A stretch of DNA of 64,000 nucleotides from Candidatus Bathyarchaeota archaeon (GTDB lineage Archaea > Thermoproteota > Bathyarchaeia > Bathyarchaeales > Bathycorpusculaceae). The notes beneath the pieces are model-generated. The model did no database searches and was not told where the DNA came from. It was given only the letters and a program-made list of their open reading frames with translations. Positions 21,463 to 31,833 of the stretch are shown one piece after another; the first letter of the stretch is position 1, and each line of letters begins with the position of its first letter. Made by a program: the position numbers and the translations under genes. The stretch is from contig CAVZKL010000010.1 of NCBI GenBank assembly GCA_963775895.1, forward strand, positions 58,265 to 122,264, in the 5' to 3' direction.

Positions 21463-22269
21463 ATGATGCTAGGTGTTGATGGGGCTCCCAGCGGGCAAGA
21501 CTCACTTCAAGCGAGCGAGAAGATGAAAAGCATAGCACTAAGTGCGTCGTTCGGCGCTAAACAGGCCTTGAAGGACATAAATCTCTCCATTAGAACAAAT
21601 TCCGTCACTGCCATCATCGGCCCATCAGGATGTGGAAAGTCAACGTTCGTACGGTGTCTCAACAGAATGCACGAGTTGGTTCCTGGCTCTAGCATGTCGG
21701 GACAAGTGCTTCTTGACGGAGAAGACATCTACGCTAGCGAAATCGACGCGGTTCAAATCCGTAGAAGAGTTGGGATGGTGTTCCAGAAACCCAATCCATT
21801 TCCCACTATGTCAATATACGACAACGTCGCAGCAGGGCTGAGGCTGGCCGGACTGAAGAAGGGAAGGAATCTGGACGATACCGTGAAACAGAGCCTCGAA
21901 CAGGTTACCCTGTGGGATGAGGTGAAGGATGACTTGAAGAAGCCTGGGACAAGCATCTCGGGAGGGCAGCAACAACGATTGTGCATTGCTCGCGCGATTG
22001 CGTTGCAGCCCGAAGTCATACTGATGGACGAACCGTGTTCAGCCCTTGACCCAATCGCGACCGCGAAGATCGAAGAATTGATAGTAGCACTGAAGCACGA
22101 CTATACGGTTGTGATCGTAACGCATAACATGCAGCAGGCCGCAAGAGTTTCAGATGTTACAGCTTTTCTTTATCTTGGTGAACTCATAGAATATGGACCC
22201 ACCGTAGAGATATTTGAGAACCCAAGAAGTGAGATCACGGAGAAATACATTACCGGCAAATTTGGTTAG
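21463..22269 (+). CDS. pstB: Phosphate ABC transporter ATPase
   Basis: [44 protein letters not shown]. Confidence 0.95.
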   Translation: MMLGVDGAPSGQDSLQASEKMKSIALSASFGAKQALKDINLSIRTNSVTAIIGPSGCGKSTFVRCLNRMHELVPGSSMSGQVLLDGEDIYASEIDAVQIRRRVGMVFQKPNPFPTMSIYDNVAAGLRLAGLKKGRNLDDTVKQSLEQVTLWDEVKDDLKKPGTSISGGQQQRLCIARAIALQPEVILMDEPCSALDPIATAKIEELIVALKHDYTVVIVTHNMQQAARVSDVTAFLYLGELIEYGPTVEIFENPRSEITEKYITGKFG

Positions 22270-22279
22270 GTGAAGAAGA

Positions 22280-22919
22280 ATGACCAGACTACTTGATACA
22301 GGCTTAGAGGAGTTGGCGACGATTCTTCTGAGAATGGGCGAAGCAGCAGAGGAGAGCGTAAGAGTGTCAATAAGAGGTTTCATGAACGGCGGAGACCTTA
22401 GTGACGAGGTCAAAGAGCTTTCAGAGATGCTTGATACCATGAGCGTCACCGTTGAAGAAAAAGGCCTTCGAGCTGATAGTGAAATATCAACCAGTCGCAT
22501 CCGATCTCAGAATAATAAACTCTTACATTAAAATCGCTTACGACTTTCAGCGGTATGGCCGATACGCTTGGGACATATCCCTCACTCAGCAAAGATTTGT
22601 CGACTCTGAGCAGAGCGCTTATTCCAGAGATCTCATGGAAAAGTTGGCGGAAAAAGCCATGTACATGGTCCGAACGAGCGTAGAAGCCCTGAGAGACAAT
22701 GATGGAGATTTGGCGAAATCTCTAGGAGAGACAGAAAATGAGGTGGACAGCATGTATTCGGAGTATTTGACCAAATTGTCAAGAGCCCGTTTGAGTACGA
22801 GATGCTTGATCAGCAGTCTTCTTGTGGTCAGATACTTGGAAAGGATTGCTGACCACGCGACTTACATTGCCGAATCGATTTACTACATTGCAACTGGCAA
22901 GAAGATTATTCTCAGGTGA
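22280..22919 (+). CDS. phoU: PhoU phosphate signalling protein (frameshift at A-run ~22460)
   Basis: YQPVASDLR, ENEVD, LERIADHATYIAE. Confidence 0.9.
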
Positions 22920-22991
22920 AATTCGTGAGTCACATAAATTTAAGAAAGGTTATAAGCATACGACAAAAAAGTGTTAAGGGAGATGTAAATT

Positions 22992-23660
22992 TTGGAAAAG
23001 AGAAGTTATGCTTGGTTTGAGAAGCGCCGAAGAACAAAAGCCCTAGACCTAGCTCAGGAGCAGATAACGAAAGCCTTGGACACATTGACTCTGCTTCATC
23101 AGGCGGCTCAGAGTATCTCGCAGGGAAAGACGAAAGAGGCGATGACACGAATCCAAAACTTGTTCACGACTGAAGAAGAGGTAGACAGACTCAGAACGGA
23201 AGTCTTCAAAGAATTATCAAAGGGTGCAGCCCTGTTTGCTGACTACCGTGAAGACCTGTTACACCTTGTAAAAAGACTCGACACTCTCGCCGACGACGTG
23301 AAGGATGCGGCAAGATGTTTCGAGATGCTCTCGGAAGCTGAATTACCAGAAGAACTCTGTCAAAGCACGGTGCACATGACCGCAGCCTTGGTGGACTGCG
23401 GCTATGCTTTACGCGTGAGCATTGAGAAACTCACAGTAGCTCCAGCAGAAGCGATTGAGGGTTCAAAGAAAGTCGAAGAGATTGAGCATGGAATTGACGA
23501 AGAGTACCTGAGAACGAAAAAGTTGTTCGTCAAGTACGGCGCTAAAATGAACGCAGGCGCTTTGGTCATCTACGACGATCTGATCGAGTTCATTGAACAG
23601 GCCGCTGACATGTGCGCTGATACCGCAGACTACATCGTGATACTTTCCAGCCGGGACTAG
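22992..23660 (+). CDS. DUF47/PhoU-like phosphate transport regulator
   Basis: EEEVDRLR, REDLLHLVKRLD..AD, IEHGID, ADMCADTAD. Confidence 0.85.
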   Translation: MEKRSYAWFEKRRRTKALDLAQEQITKALDTLTLLHQAAQSISQGKTKEAMTRIQNLFTTEEEVDRLRTEVFKELSKGAALFADYREDLLHLVKRLDTLADDVKDAARCFEMLSEAELPEELCQSTVHMTAALVDCGYALRVSIEKLTVAPAEAIEGSKKVEEIEHGIDEEYLRTKKLFVKYGAKMNAGALVIYDDLIEFIEQAADMCADTADYIVILSSRD

Positions 23661-23808
23661 ACTACGATCGTAAACGAACGCCACGAGAGAAGCGATGCTA
23701 ACGAAATCTAACATTCTGCGACTGGCTCTTTGACACGCTGAACAAGGACGCTAACAGCTCTGCATGTAGCATAGATAAAAAAGCGGTTTTTCACTGTTTT
23801 ATGGTGAA

Positions 23809-24564
23809 GTGCATTCTGTGCCAAAGCTGATTGTCGGAAACAAGACTATTGAATGCAGCCTCATTATTTTCGACAAGGATGGCACCCTTGTCGATTATCG
23901 GACCGTAGATCTGGCGTTAGCAAAGGCTCGAAGAAAGAGCATAGAAATGGTTGTGGGCAAAGATGTTGCTGACCTCTGGGAAAGGGCCGTCGGCATAGAC
24001 ACGAAATCTGGGAAGATGGATTATCACGGGCCTCTGGCAACATTGCCTAGCAGAGATGAGGTATTGGTTACCGCAACTGCGTTCTACTTGAAGGGGCACT
24101 CTTGGGAAGACGCGAAAAATCTTGCTGAGAGAGCTTACGCTGAAGCCGATAAGTCTATGGAGCCGCCCTACGGTGCAGTGCTCTTGAAAGGTGTGGAAAA
24201 GACGTTGAAGAAACTCAAGGAACATGGACTTAAGTTGGCGATAGCTTCAACTGATGCACGCAGTCGCACGGTGACATCTTTCAAGATTTTGAAGGTCGAT
24301 CGGTTGTTTGATGTTTTTGTTGGACCTGAGGATGTTGCTAATGGCAAGCCTGCCCCTGACATGATATTGGAAATTCTCAAGCGAACGGATTGCAGTGCTC
24401 AGAATGCTGTTATGGTCGGTGATTCCCTGCAGGATATTAAGATGGGGAGAAACGCGGAGGTCCGAGCCTGCATAGGCGTGCTGACTGGAATAACCGCGCG
24501 AGCAGATCTTGAAAGATTAGCGGACGTCGTGATTGATTCAGTAGCACGGATTGACGTCTCTTAA
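23809..24564 (+). CDS. HAD-superfamily phosphatase
   Basis: FDKDGTL, GKPAPD, VGDS..D. Confidence 0.88.
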   Translation: MHSVPKLIVGNKTIECSLIIFDKDGTLVDYRTVDLALAKARRKSIEMVVGKDVADLWERAVGIDTKSGKMDYHGPLATLPSRDEVLVTATAFYLKGHSWEDAKNLAERAYAEADKSMEPPYGAVLLKGVEKTLKKLKEHGLKLAIASTDARSRTVTSFKILKVDRLFDVFVGPEDVANGKPAPDMILEILKRTDCSAQNAVMVGDSLQDIKMGRNAEVRACIGVLTGITARADLERLADVVIDSVARIDVS

Positions 24565-24659
24565 AACAGAAGACGATTGCTGCGCCGCGTCTTTCTGATT
24601 GAATGGTACCAGATTGAAGGAGAACGCCTTTAATAAATGGCGCAAGTCTATCATGGTTC

Positions 24660-25340
24660 ATGCGACTTGGCGTGCTCTTTTCAGGAGGCAAAGACTCGTG
24701 TTTAGCGTTGTACAAGTCGCTTCGTTTTCACGACATAGTCTGTTTGATCAGCCTAGTATCTCAAAATAAGGAGAGTTACATGTTTCATGTTCCCAATATC
24801 GAGATTACTAAGCAGCAAGCCGAAGCAATAGGATTACCACTGATTCAGAGAAAAACGAAAGGAGAAAAAGAGAAGGAACTGGTTGATCTTGAAAAGGCCA
24901 TCAGCGAGGCCAAAGCTACTTATGGGTTAGAGGGGATAGTTTCTGGCGCGGTTAGGTCGATTTATCAAACGACACGGATTCAGAGGATTTGCAGAAAGCT
25001 TCAACTGTGGTGTTTCAATCCTTTATGGTTAAAAGATGAGATTGAACTCTTGAATGAAATCGTTGAAAACGGTTTTGAAGTCATCATATCCGGTGTTTTT
25101 GCCTATCCTTTAGACAAGGAATTCTTGGGGAGCAAACTGAACAGAGCTATGATTCAAAGGCTCAAAAAACTAAAGCAAGAATACGGCATCAACCCCGCAG
25201 GCGAAGGAGGAGAGTTAGAGACCACGGTCACGGATGCTCCATTCTTCAAGAAAAAACTGGAAATAATCGATTATGATGTTTCGTACAAGGATTATGTGGG
25301 GACGTTCAAAATAGAAGAGCTAAGGCTAGTGGAAAAATGA
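24660..25340 (+). CDS. dph6: Diphthine--ammonia ligase (Dph6-like ATP pyrophosphatase)
   Basis: SGGKDS, SYMFH, PLW, GEGGELET. Confidence 0.88.
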   Translation: MRLGVLFSGGKDSCLALYKSLRFHDIVCLISLVSQNKESYMFHVPNIEITKQQAEAIGLPLIQRKTKGEKEKELVDLEKAISEAKATYGLEGIVSGAVRSIYQTTRIQRICRKLQLWCFNPLWLKDEIELLNEIVENGFEVIISGVFAYPLDKEFLGSKLNRAMIQRLKKLKQEYGINPAGEGGELETTVTDAPFFKKKLEIIDYDVSYKDYVGTFKIEELRLVEK

Positions 25341-25895
25341 TACTGATAATCAGCGTATGCTCGGACAGGCTTAGCTATTCTGAGTTCGTTAAGCCTGTTG
25401 AGGATATACTGAAAAAGGGCCAATGTCAAATTCCTCACGAAACATTACACGGAACTGAACCGCAATGACCTTGAAAAGGCAGAGAAGGCAATCATATGTG
25501 GAACGGCACTGAAGGATTTCAGGTATCTAGAAAACATTGATCAGTTTAATTGGCTGAAAGAATTCCTCAAGCCAATTCTGGGTATTTGTGCTGGGATGCA
25601 GCTTATTGCCGCTGTTTTCGGCAGCACTTTGGTTGAGAGCAAGAGAATCGGTCAATACAGGGTCAAAACCGTTGGAAAGAGTGGGCTAACCTCAAGGGTG
25701 GAGTTCCAATCTTATTTCTTGAATTCAAAAGCAGCAGAAGTAAATGATGCGTTTGACGTACTCAGCCAGGTCGGCAGCCTGCCTTGCATGATCAAGCACA
25801 AAGACAGAGAATACTATGGCTGTCTGTTCCATCCAGAAGTTCTGAATACAGAGATAATCGAGAACTTTGGAAGGTTGCAGTGCGCGTCAAATTGA
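25337..25895 (+). CDS. Class I glutamine amidotransferase (frameshifted), possible ammonia donor for Dph6
   Basis: PILGICAGMQ nucleophile elbow, FHPEV. Confidence 0.78.
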
Positions 25896-26084
25896 GCGAC
25901 TTAATGATGGAACAATAGAGTGTTAGCACGAGCGGATGCTGGGATCATGATGTTGAAAAACTTTTTTGCGGGACAAATCTGCAAACAATTCTGGGAAAAG
26001 GCTTGTCTCCTTTACGACCTAGACGCGCACGCGCTAAAACTTTACCCCCAAACCCCAAAACCCAACATACGACTTTTTGAAATA

Positions 26085-26559
26085 TTAGCGGGCGTGCATC
26101 TTCACGAGTGAAGTTACAGCTAACAGGAGCCCTGAACCTATCCATGAGATTGCTTTCAGCTCCCACGTCCAGTATTCCATGTAGTCCCAGATTGTGAGTG
26201 CCCTCACCCCAGGGTTCATGCTCCAACGATTTCGTCACTGTACAACCCTGAAGCAAGAAGGTAAGTAAACACTGCCCACAGAATGAGAAAGAAACTGAGC
26301 ATCAAAATCACTTTTGTTTCGGCATCTGTTGCCTCTCGCCTCAGGTACCCATACGATGTACAGGCCTATCCCGATTATCAAGAGTACCACTACCGAAGCG
26401 TTCAACGCTGTGACCAGCATAATAGGCAGAAGATAATTTGGAGTTCCAGTCAGCGGGAGCACTACCAAAGTAAGAACAACGAGGGACAATGCTGGCGTTA
26501 ACAAAATCAGAAGATAACCAACACGGAAATGTCGAATGGCCCCTCACCTCAATTTTCAC
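26085..26559 (-). CDS. Hypothetical membrane protein (multiple frameshifts) or pseudogene
   Basis: Hydrophobic segments split over ORFs 26341-26559, 26235-26504 and a third frame. Confidence 0.4.
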
Positions 26560-27042
26560 TTCTCTCTGTTCAATCTTAAACCTTTCTCGCTAGTATTTCC
26601 TGCACTTTTTGGAATTGTCAGCACACGCTAAGGTCAGTACTCCAAAATTTTGCGCTTGAAAGCGCGCGCTCAGGGAAAATCTTTTCACAAGAAAACGATG
26701 AAGCTGAGTTGGTAGACAAAGAAAATTCGTAACGAAGTTCCTTTATGCGTGAACCAAAACCTGAGCTACATTACCCAGCGCGCGCTCGTTACCAATGGTC
26801 TGGCCATCATGAAACACTTGTTGATAATTTGCGAAAACGTCCTTCCTTGAGTATGCGGGTTTTCCAGTTTCCAACTGAGCGCGCGCTAAGAGTCCGACCA
26901 AGGAAATCGAACATACCGAAGCCAAGTCGAAAAACGCCAAGACATAAATCCGCCTCTTTTTTTCTAGCGCGAACTACATTCGTCACAGATTGATTTTGGA
27001 AGCTTGCACAGGTTTAGCCTCAAGGCGAAGTTAAGCGCGTGC

Positions 27043-28917
27043 CTATTTGACCCTGAGGAGTCGAAGCGAGTTGAACATCACTAACAACGCGTTACTCTCA
27101 TGAATGATGCTAGCACTCAACGGCGTAACGACTCCCAAGGTTGCGAGAACAATACCGATGGCATTAACAACCAAGGCAAAGACAATGTTGAGCTTCACGA
27201 TGCGCATCGTTTCCTTACCGATCCTCAGAAGCTTCGGTATACCCTCAAGACGATTCGCCGCAAGAGTGATCCCAGCAGTCTCGACAGCAACATCTGTTCC
27301 AGTGAGACCCATAGCAACACCCACATCAGCAGTAGCGAGAGCAGGCGCATCATTAATCCCGTCACCCACCATAAGGACAACCCTCCCGTCCTGCTCAAGA
27401 CGTTTAACATAATTGACTTTTTCGGAGGGTAGTAAGTCGGAGATAACCTCGTCGACGCCGATCCGCTTTCCCACGGTCTCGGCGACTTCCTTGCGATCTC
27501 CAGTCAGCATTATTATCTTCCTTGCACCGTTTTTCCTCGCCTCAGCTATTACCTCAACGACACCATCTCTCAAAGTATCGGATATGAGGAGTGCCCCGAT
27601 GACCTTGTCGTCCTTAGCTACGAAGATGGTGGACTGTGTGACGCCTTCCCTTTCAACGTACGCCTTTGCCTCCTCCGAGATCACAACCCCCTTCTCCTTC
27701 AACAGCTTCTCATTACCGACAATAAGCTTCACCTTATCATGGGTGACACATATTCCGAGTCCTGGGACAACTTGGAACTCAGAACATGCCACCGGCTCCA
27801 GTCCTAAACTTTCAGCCTTTTTCAGGACCGCTCGAGCAAGAGGATGCTCAGAGTATCTCTCTGCAGCAGCTGCTAAGCTGAGTACGTCATCTTCCGAAGC
27901 ACCGTTGAAGCACCTAACCTCAGCAACTTCAAGCTGCCCCAGAGTCAGTGTGCCAGTCTTATCCATGACGATGGTGTCAACTTTACTTAGTTTCTGAAGG
28001 CTCTCACCATTCCTTACCAGTATTCCTTTTCGAGCCGAGTTCCCTATGCTCGCAGCTATCGCCATAGGGGTAGCCAACGTGAGCGCGCACGGGCACGAGA
28101 TTATGAACACCGATGCCATCCTCAAGGGTTCCTTCGTCAAGAAAAAGACGCTGAGACCGAGGAGGAGAATGACAGGTATGTAGTAGCCCGCGAACCTGTC
28201 AGCAAGCTTTACTATCGGAGATTGATGCTCCTTCGCTTCGTGAACCATCGTGATAATTCTGCCATAAGTGGTCTTCTCACCAACCACCTTAGCCTTAACA
28301 CGCAACGCGCCAAGCTCAACGATCGAGCCGCTCAGAACCTCGGATCCCACAGTTTTCTCAACAGGCATCGATTCGCCAGTCACGGATGACATGTTCACAG
28401 GCGCGCTTCCTTCCACCACCACGCCGTCAACGGGAATCATGCCGCCTGGCTTCACAACAACTATATCATCGACAAGAATCTCAGAGACGGGAACCTCAAC
28501 CTCATCGCCGTTCCGTATGACGAGAGCTGTCTTGGGGAAAGCCTCGATGAGCTTTTTTATGGCGTTTGAAGCCCTGTCGGAGACCAAGCCTTCCAGAACC
28601 TCACCTCCACCAAGCATAATAACAACCACGCATGCCGCCAAATATGCGCCTAACCAGATCGAGGTGATGATCGCAACCGTGGCGAGGAGGTCTATCCCGA
28701 AGACCCCCGATAGAAGAGCGCTCAGCGCGCTATGCCCAATGAAGATAACACCGAGCACCGCACCGAGAAGAGCCAAACTTGTGGATACATCAATCGGCAG
28801 CAGCGAGAAAAGCTGAGAGATCCAGCTAGCTGTTGCCATCGTGACAGTTGACGCAAGAAGCATGACTTTTTTCTTGTTAACCAATGAACCCACCGCAGAC
28901 AAACGGCATATGCACAA
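27043..28917 (-). CDS. P1B-type heavy-metal-translocating ATPase
   Basis: TGES, SCPCAL, DKTGTLT, SEHP, GDGINDAP, HE in last TM; true start probably ~28863-28881. Confidence 0.93.
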   Translation of the reverse strand: MCICRLSAVGSLVNKKKVMLLASTVTMATASWISQLFSLLPIDVSTSLALLGAVLGVIFIGHSALSALLSGVFGIDLLATVAIITSIWLGAYLAACVVVIMLGGGEVLEGLVSDRASNAIKKLIEAFPKTALVIRNGDEVEVPVSEILVDDIVVVKPGGMIPVDGVVVEGSAPVNMSSVTGESMPVEKTVGSEVLSGSIVELGALRVKAKVVGEKTTYGRIITMVHEAKEHQSPIVKLADRFAGYYIPVILLLGLSVFFLTKEPLRMASVFIISCPCALTLATPMAIAASIGNSARKGILVRNGESLQKLSKVDTIVMDKTGTLTLGQLEVAEVRCFNGASEDDVLSLAAAAERYSEHPLARAVLKKAESLGLEPVACSEFQVVPGLGICVTHDKVKLIVGNEKLLKEKGVVISEEAKAYVEREGVTQSTIFVAKDDKVIGALLISDTLRDGVVEVIAEARKNGARKIIMLTGDRKEVAETVGKRIGVDEVISDLLPSEKVNYVKRLEQDGRVVLMVGDGINDAPALATADVGVAMGLTGTDVAVETAGITLAANRLEGIPKLLRIGKETMRIVKLNIVFALVVNAIGIVLATLGVVTPLSASIIHESNALLVMFNSLRLLRVK

Positions 28918-29008
28918 CTGAAGCGAACCACGAAAATAGGAAAGCCATTGTCAACTTCTCAATCATAACTTACCAACTAGCTAGGACCAAGAGCAACTTC
29001 AGTTGATG

Positions 29009-29278
29009 CTAGAAGAGTTTTGATAGGGCTTCTCTGAGATCTGTGAGACTTTCATTAGCTTTTCCAGACTCTACTGCCGCAACCATACACGTCTCTATAT
29101 GATCCTCCAATATGATTCGAGCGACCTTGTCCAAAGCTGATCTCACTGCTGCTATCTGAATCAGAAGGTCAGAGCACCCTCGGTCCTCTTCAACCATTTT
29201 CCTAATGCCGTGGACATGCCCCTCTATCTTTGACAGTCTTTCATCCACAGTTTTCCTATTCTTGTGAACCGAATTCAT
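29009..29278 (-). CDS. csoR: CsoR/RcnR-family metal-sensing repressor
   Basis: RLSKIEGHVHGI..M, CSDLLIQIAAV, HIETC. Confidence 0.88.
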   Translation of the reverse strand: MNSVHKNRKTVDERLSKIEGHVHGIRKMVEEDRGCSDLLIQIAAVRSALDKVARIILEDHIETCMVAAVESGKANESLTDLREALSKLF

Positions 29279-29280
29279 AT

Positions 29281-29298
29281 ATATCCCCTCAGGGGGAG
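29281..29298. promoter_or_regulatory. Putative CsoR-type C/G-tract operator
   Basis: ATATCCCCTCAGGGGGAG between the TATA-like element and the csoR ATG. Confidence 0.5.
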
Positions 29299-29434
29299 GG
29301 GAGCCACTCATATAAACATTTTTCTTCGACCAAGCGATTTCGCGCGCGCTACCAAGTAGGTTGTAGTGCTGATTATTGAGACTGAAACGTTAAATTACAC
29401 AGTCTTTTGCTATGAATGCACTGCGAGTTAGGAA

Positions 29435-30127
29435 CTAGTAATATCTCTTTAACGGGTTTAGCTGATCTGTTGCCAATTTCACTTGCCGAGGAACTAGTAT
29501 GCCTCGCCAATCCACTCTAATGGTGCTCTTTCTGGAGCTTTTAATATTAACATTGTGCACATGAAGGGCGTAAGCCATTGCACGATCTTGGGGGTTCTCT
29601 ATCTGGAGCATTTGTTTTAGACTTAGGTGCTCGAAGACTCGGCGAATTGGGCGTAAAGAGTTGCCGTGGCAAGAGATAGCAACGTTACCAGGATTTTGTC
29701 GGAGCCATTCTTCAAGCTGCACCAGAAAGGGTAATGTTCGATTTTCAACCATCTTTAGGCTTTCTCCTTCTGGTGGTGGAAAATCGTAGCCTCGGTGAAT
29801 CTTGGCAAACCATTCAGGCCTTTCCATGGCAACCTTGATCTTGCTTTTACCTTGAAGCAAACCATAGCAACGTTCGATGAGCCGGTCGTCCGTGAAAACT
29901 GGAATTGGAGAATGCGTTTCAAGAACGATTTCAAGAGTTTTTCGAGCTCTCTTAAGGTGTGAGGTAAAAGCATAGTCAATCTTGTCTCGCCTGAGTTGTT
30001 TTGCAATCTCTTGTGCTTGCGAAAGTCCTTTCAAAGTAAGTTCTGGGTCGCGCCAGCCCGAGAATATTCCTCGGCTGTTATCAGTTGTCTCAGCATGTCT
30101 AAAAACAAACAACCTGCAAATCATCAA
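29435..30127 (-). CDS. gpmA: Histidine phosphatase family, likely dPGM phosphoglycerate mutase
   Basis: RHAET..N..G.FSGW.D, ERCYG.LQG, PPEGESL, HGNSLR. Confidence 0.8.
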   Translation of the reverse strand: MMICRLFVFRHAETTDNSRGIFSGWRDPELTLKGLSQAQEIAKQLRRDKIDYAFTSHLKRARKTLEIVLETHSPIPVFTDDRLIERCYGLLQGKSKIKVAMERPEWFAKIHRGYDFPPPEGESLKMVENRTLPFLVQLEEWLRQNPGNVAISCHGNSLRPIRRVFEHLSLKQMLQIENPQDRAMAYALHVHNVNIKSSRKSTIRVDWRGILVPRQVKLATDQLNPLKRYY

Positions 30128-30230
30128 CCGCTTCCTCCCGTAGGCGCTAATGCAATCTTCTAATAGAACATATTACTTTTCGCTCACTGTGAACACCCAG
30201 CCTGTTGAACTAAACACGGAGTATGAATAA

Positions 30231-31592
30231 GTGAAGAAAACAAAGATTATCTGTACAATCGGTCCGGCTAGTCTTTCTCGAAACACGCTTAAGAAAATGT
30301 ATCGCGCTGGAATGAACGGCGCCAGAATAAACACAGCTTATGGGACACTTGACCAGTACAGAGTTATCATTAGCAGTCTGCGAGAAGTGGCAGACATCCC
30401 AATAATCATCGATGTTAAGGGGCCTGAAATACGGCTCAAAACAAAAGACAGAAGGACTGTCAACAAAAGCGATATTCTTAAAGTAGGCAAAGACGAAAAA
30501 ATAAGCTTCAACAACAACATCTACGACGATGTGGATGTTGGTGATAACGTTCTTATTGACAATGGTAGGCTAAGAACGCAAGTCGTAGAAAAACAAAAAG
30601 GCGTATTGAAATTGCTTGCAACAACAAGCGGCGAAATAGACGACGGAAAAGGAATTAACATACCTAATAAAAAGTTCGCAGTTCCAACACTCTCAGGTAA
30701 AGATCTGGAAATAATAGATCTCGCAAAAGAGAAAGATGTTGAGTTCATAGCTCTTTCATTTACTAGAAATCCTGAAGACGTGAATAACCTGAAGAAGGTG
30801 ACCAATGGGTTCAAAGGCGCAATCATCGCAAAGATCGAGAATTCCGAAGGTGTCGACAAATTCGATGAAATTCTTGACGTTGCAGACGGAATCATGGTGG
30901 CAAGGGGCGACCTAGGAGTTGAAATAGAACCTGAAAAGGTCCCACATATCCAGAAATTAATAATCAGAAAATGCAATCAGAAGGGAAAGATCGTTGTGAC
31001 GGCAACAGAAATGCTTGAATCCATGACTTACCAGCCAATGCCCACCAGAGCTGAAGTCAGCGATGTTGCCAACGCAATCTTGGATGGAACGGAAGCGACA
31101 ATGCTTTCTGGAGAGACGGCAATAGGGCAGTACCCTGTAGAATCCGTCTTGATGATGTCCAAAATAGCGAACGAAACTGAAAAGTCAGTAGAAGGACAAG
31201 TTGAAGGCGAAGGATTCATCAACATCTCAGACACAATAAGCAAGGCAGTTCAAAGAATATGCCAAGAAATGCCCGTAGGCAAAGTTGTCACGCTAACCAG
31301 GTCAGGCTACACGGCTCGGATGATTTCAAGATTCAAGATTCTTCAACCGATAATCGCCGTTACGCCGAACAACCTTGTCAAGAAACAACTTGAACTGTCG
31401 TTTGGTGTCTACCCAGTGCACATTGATTACCTTAAAGAAGATGACCACATTCGGACAACTGCAAACAAGCTTCATGCAATGGGCCTCATCGGTGACCAAG
31501 ACACAATTCTTTTCACCGCAGCCTTCAGAACCTCCAAACCACATTCTAGCAATCTTATTGAGATACACAACATCAGGGAACTCGCCTGTTGA
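30231..31592 (+). CDS. pyk: Pyruvate kinase
   Basis: KTKIICTIGPAS, IAKIEN, MVARGDLGVE, PTRAEVSDVANA, MLSGETA. Confidence 0.96.
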   Translation: MKKTKIICTIGPASLSRNTLKKMYRAGMNGARINTAYGTLDQYRVIISSLREVADIPIIIDVKGPEIRLKTKDRRTVNKSDILKVGKDEKISFNNNIYDDVDVGDNVLIDNGRLRTQVVEKQKGVLKLLATTSGEIDDGKGINIPNKKFAVPTLSGKDLEIIDLAKEKDVEFIALSFTRNPEDVNNLKKVTNGFKGAIIAKIENSEGVDKFDEILDVADGIMVARGDLGVEIEPEKVPHIQKLIIRKCNQKGKIVVTATEMLESMTYQPMPTRAEVSDVANAILDGTEATMLSGETAIGQYPVESVLMMSKIANETEKSVEGQVEGEGFINISDTISKAVQRICQEMPVGKVVTLTRSGYTARMISRFKILQPIIAVTPNNLVKKQLELSFGVYPVHIDYLKEDDHIRTTANKLHAMGLIGDQDTILFTAAFRTSKPHSSNLIEIHNIRELAC

Positions 31593-31833
31593 CTGAAACA
31601 TAACAGACTCCCCAAGTTGACTGGCGTGAACATTCAAACCACCGTCCATGCAAGAGTTAGAAAGGAATTGCTGGAAGTCGCGTGAAGAAGAAACGAAAGA
31701 AAAGGAAAAAAGGGGCTAACCTGCAAGAAAAAACGGCTTCACCTTGAAGAGGGCTCTATTGATCTAGGAGATGTACGGTCGGCGTGGAAAAACCAAAAGC
31801 GTAATCTCTTCTGAACGCTGATGTAATGGGGAC

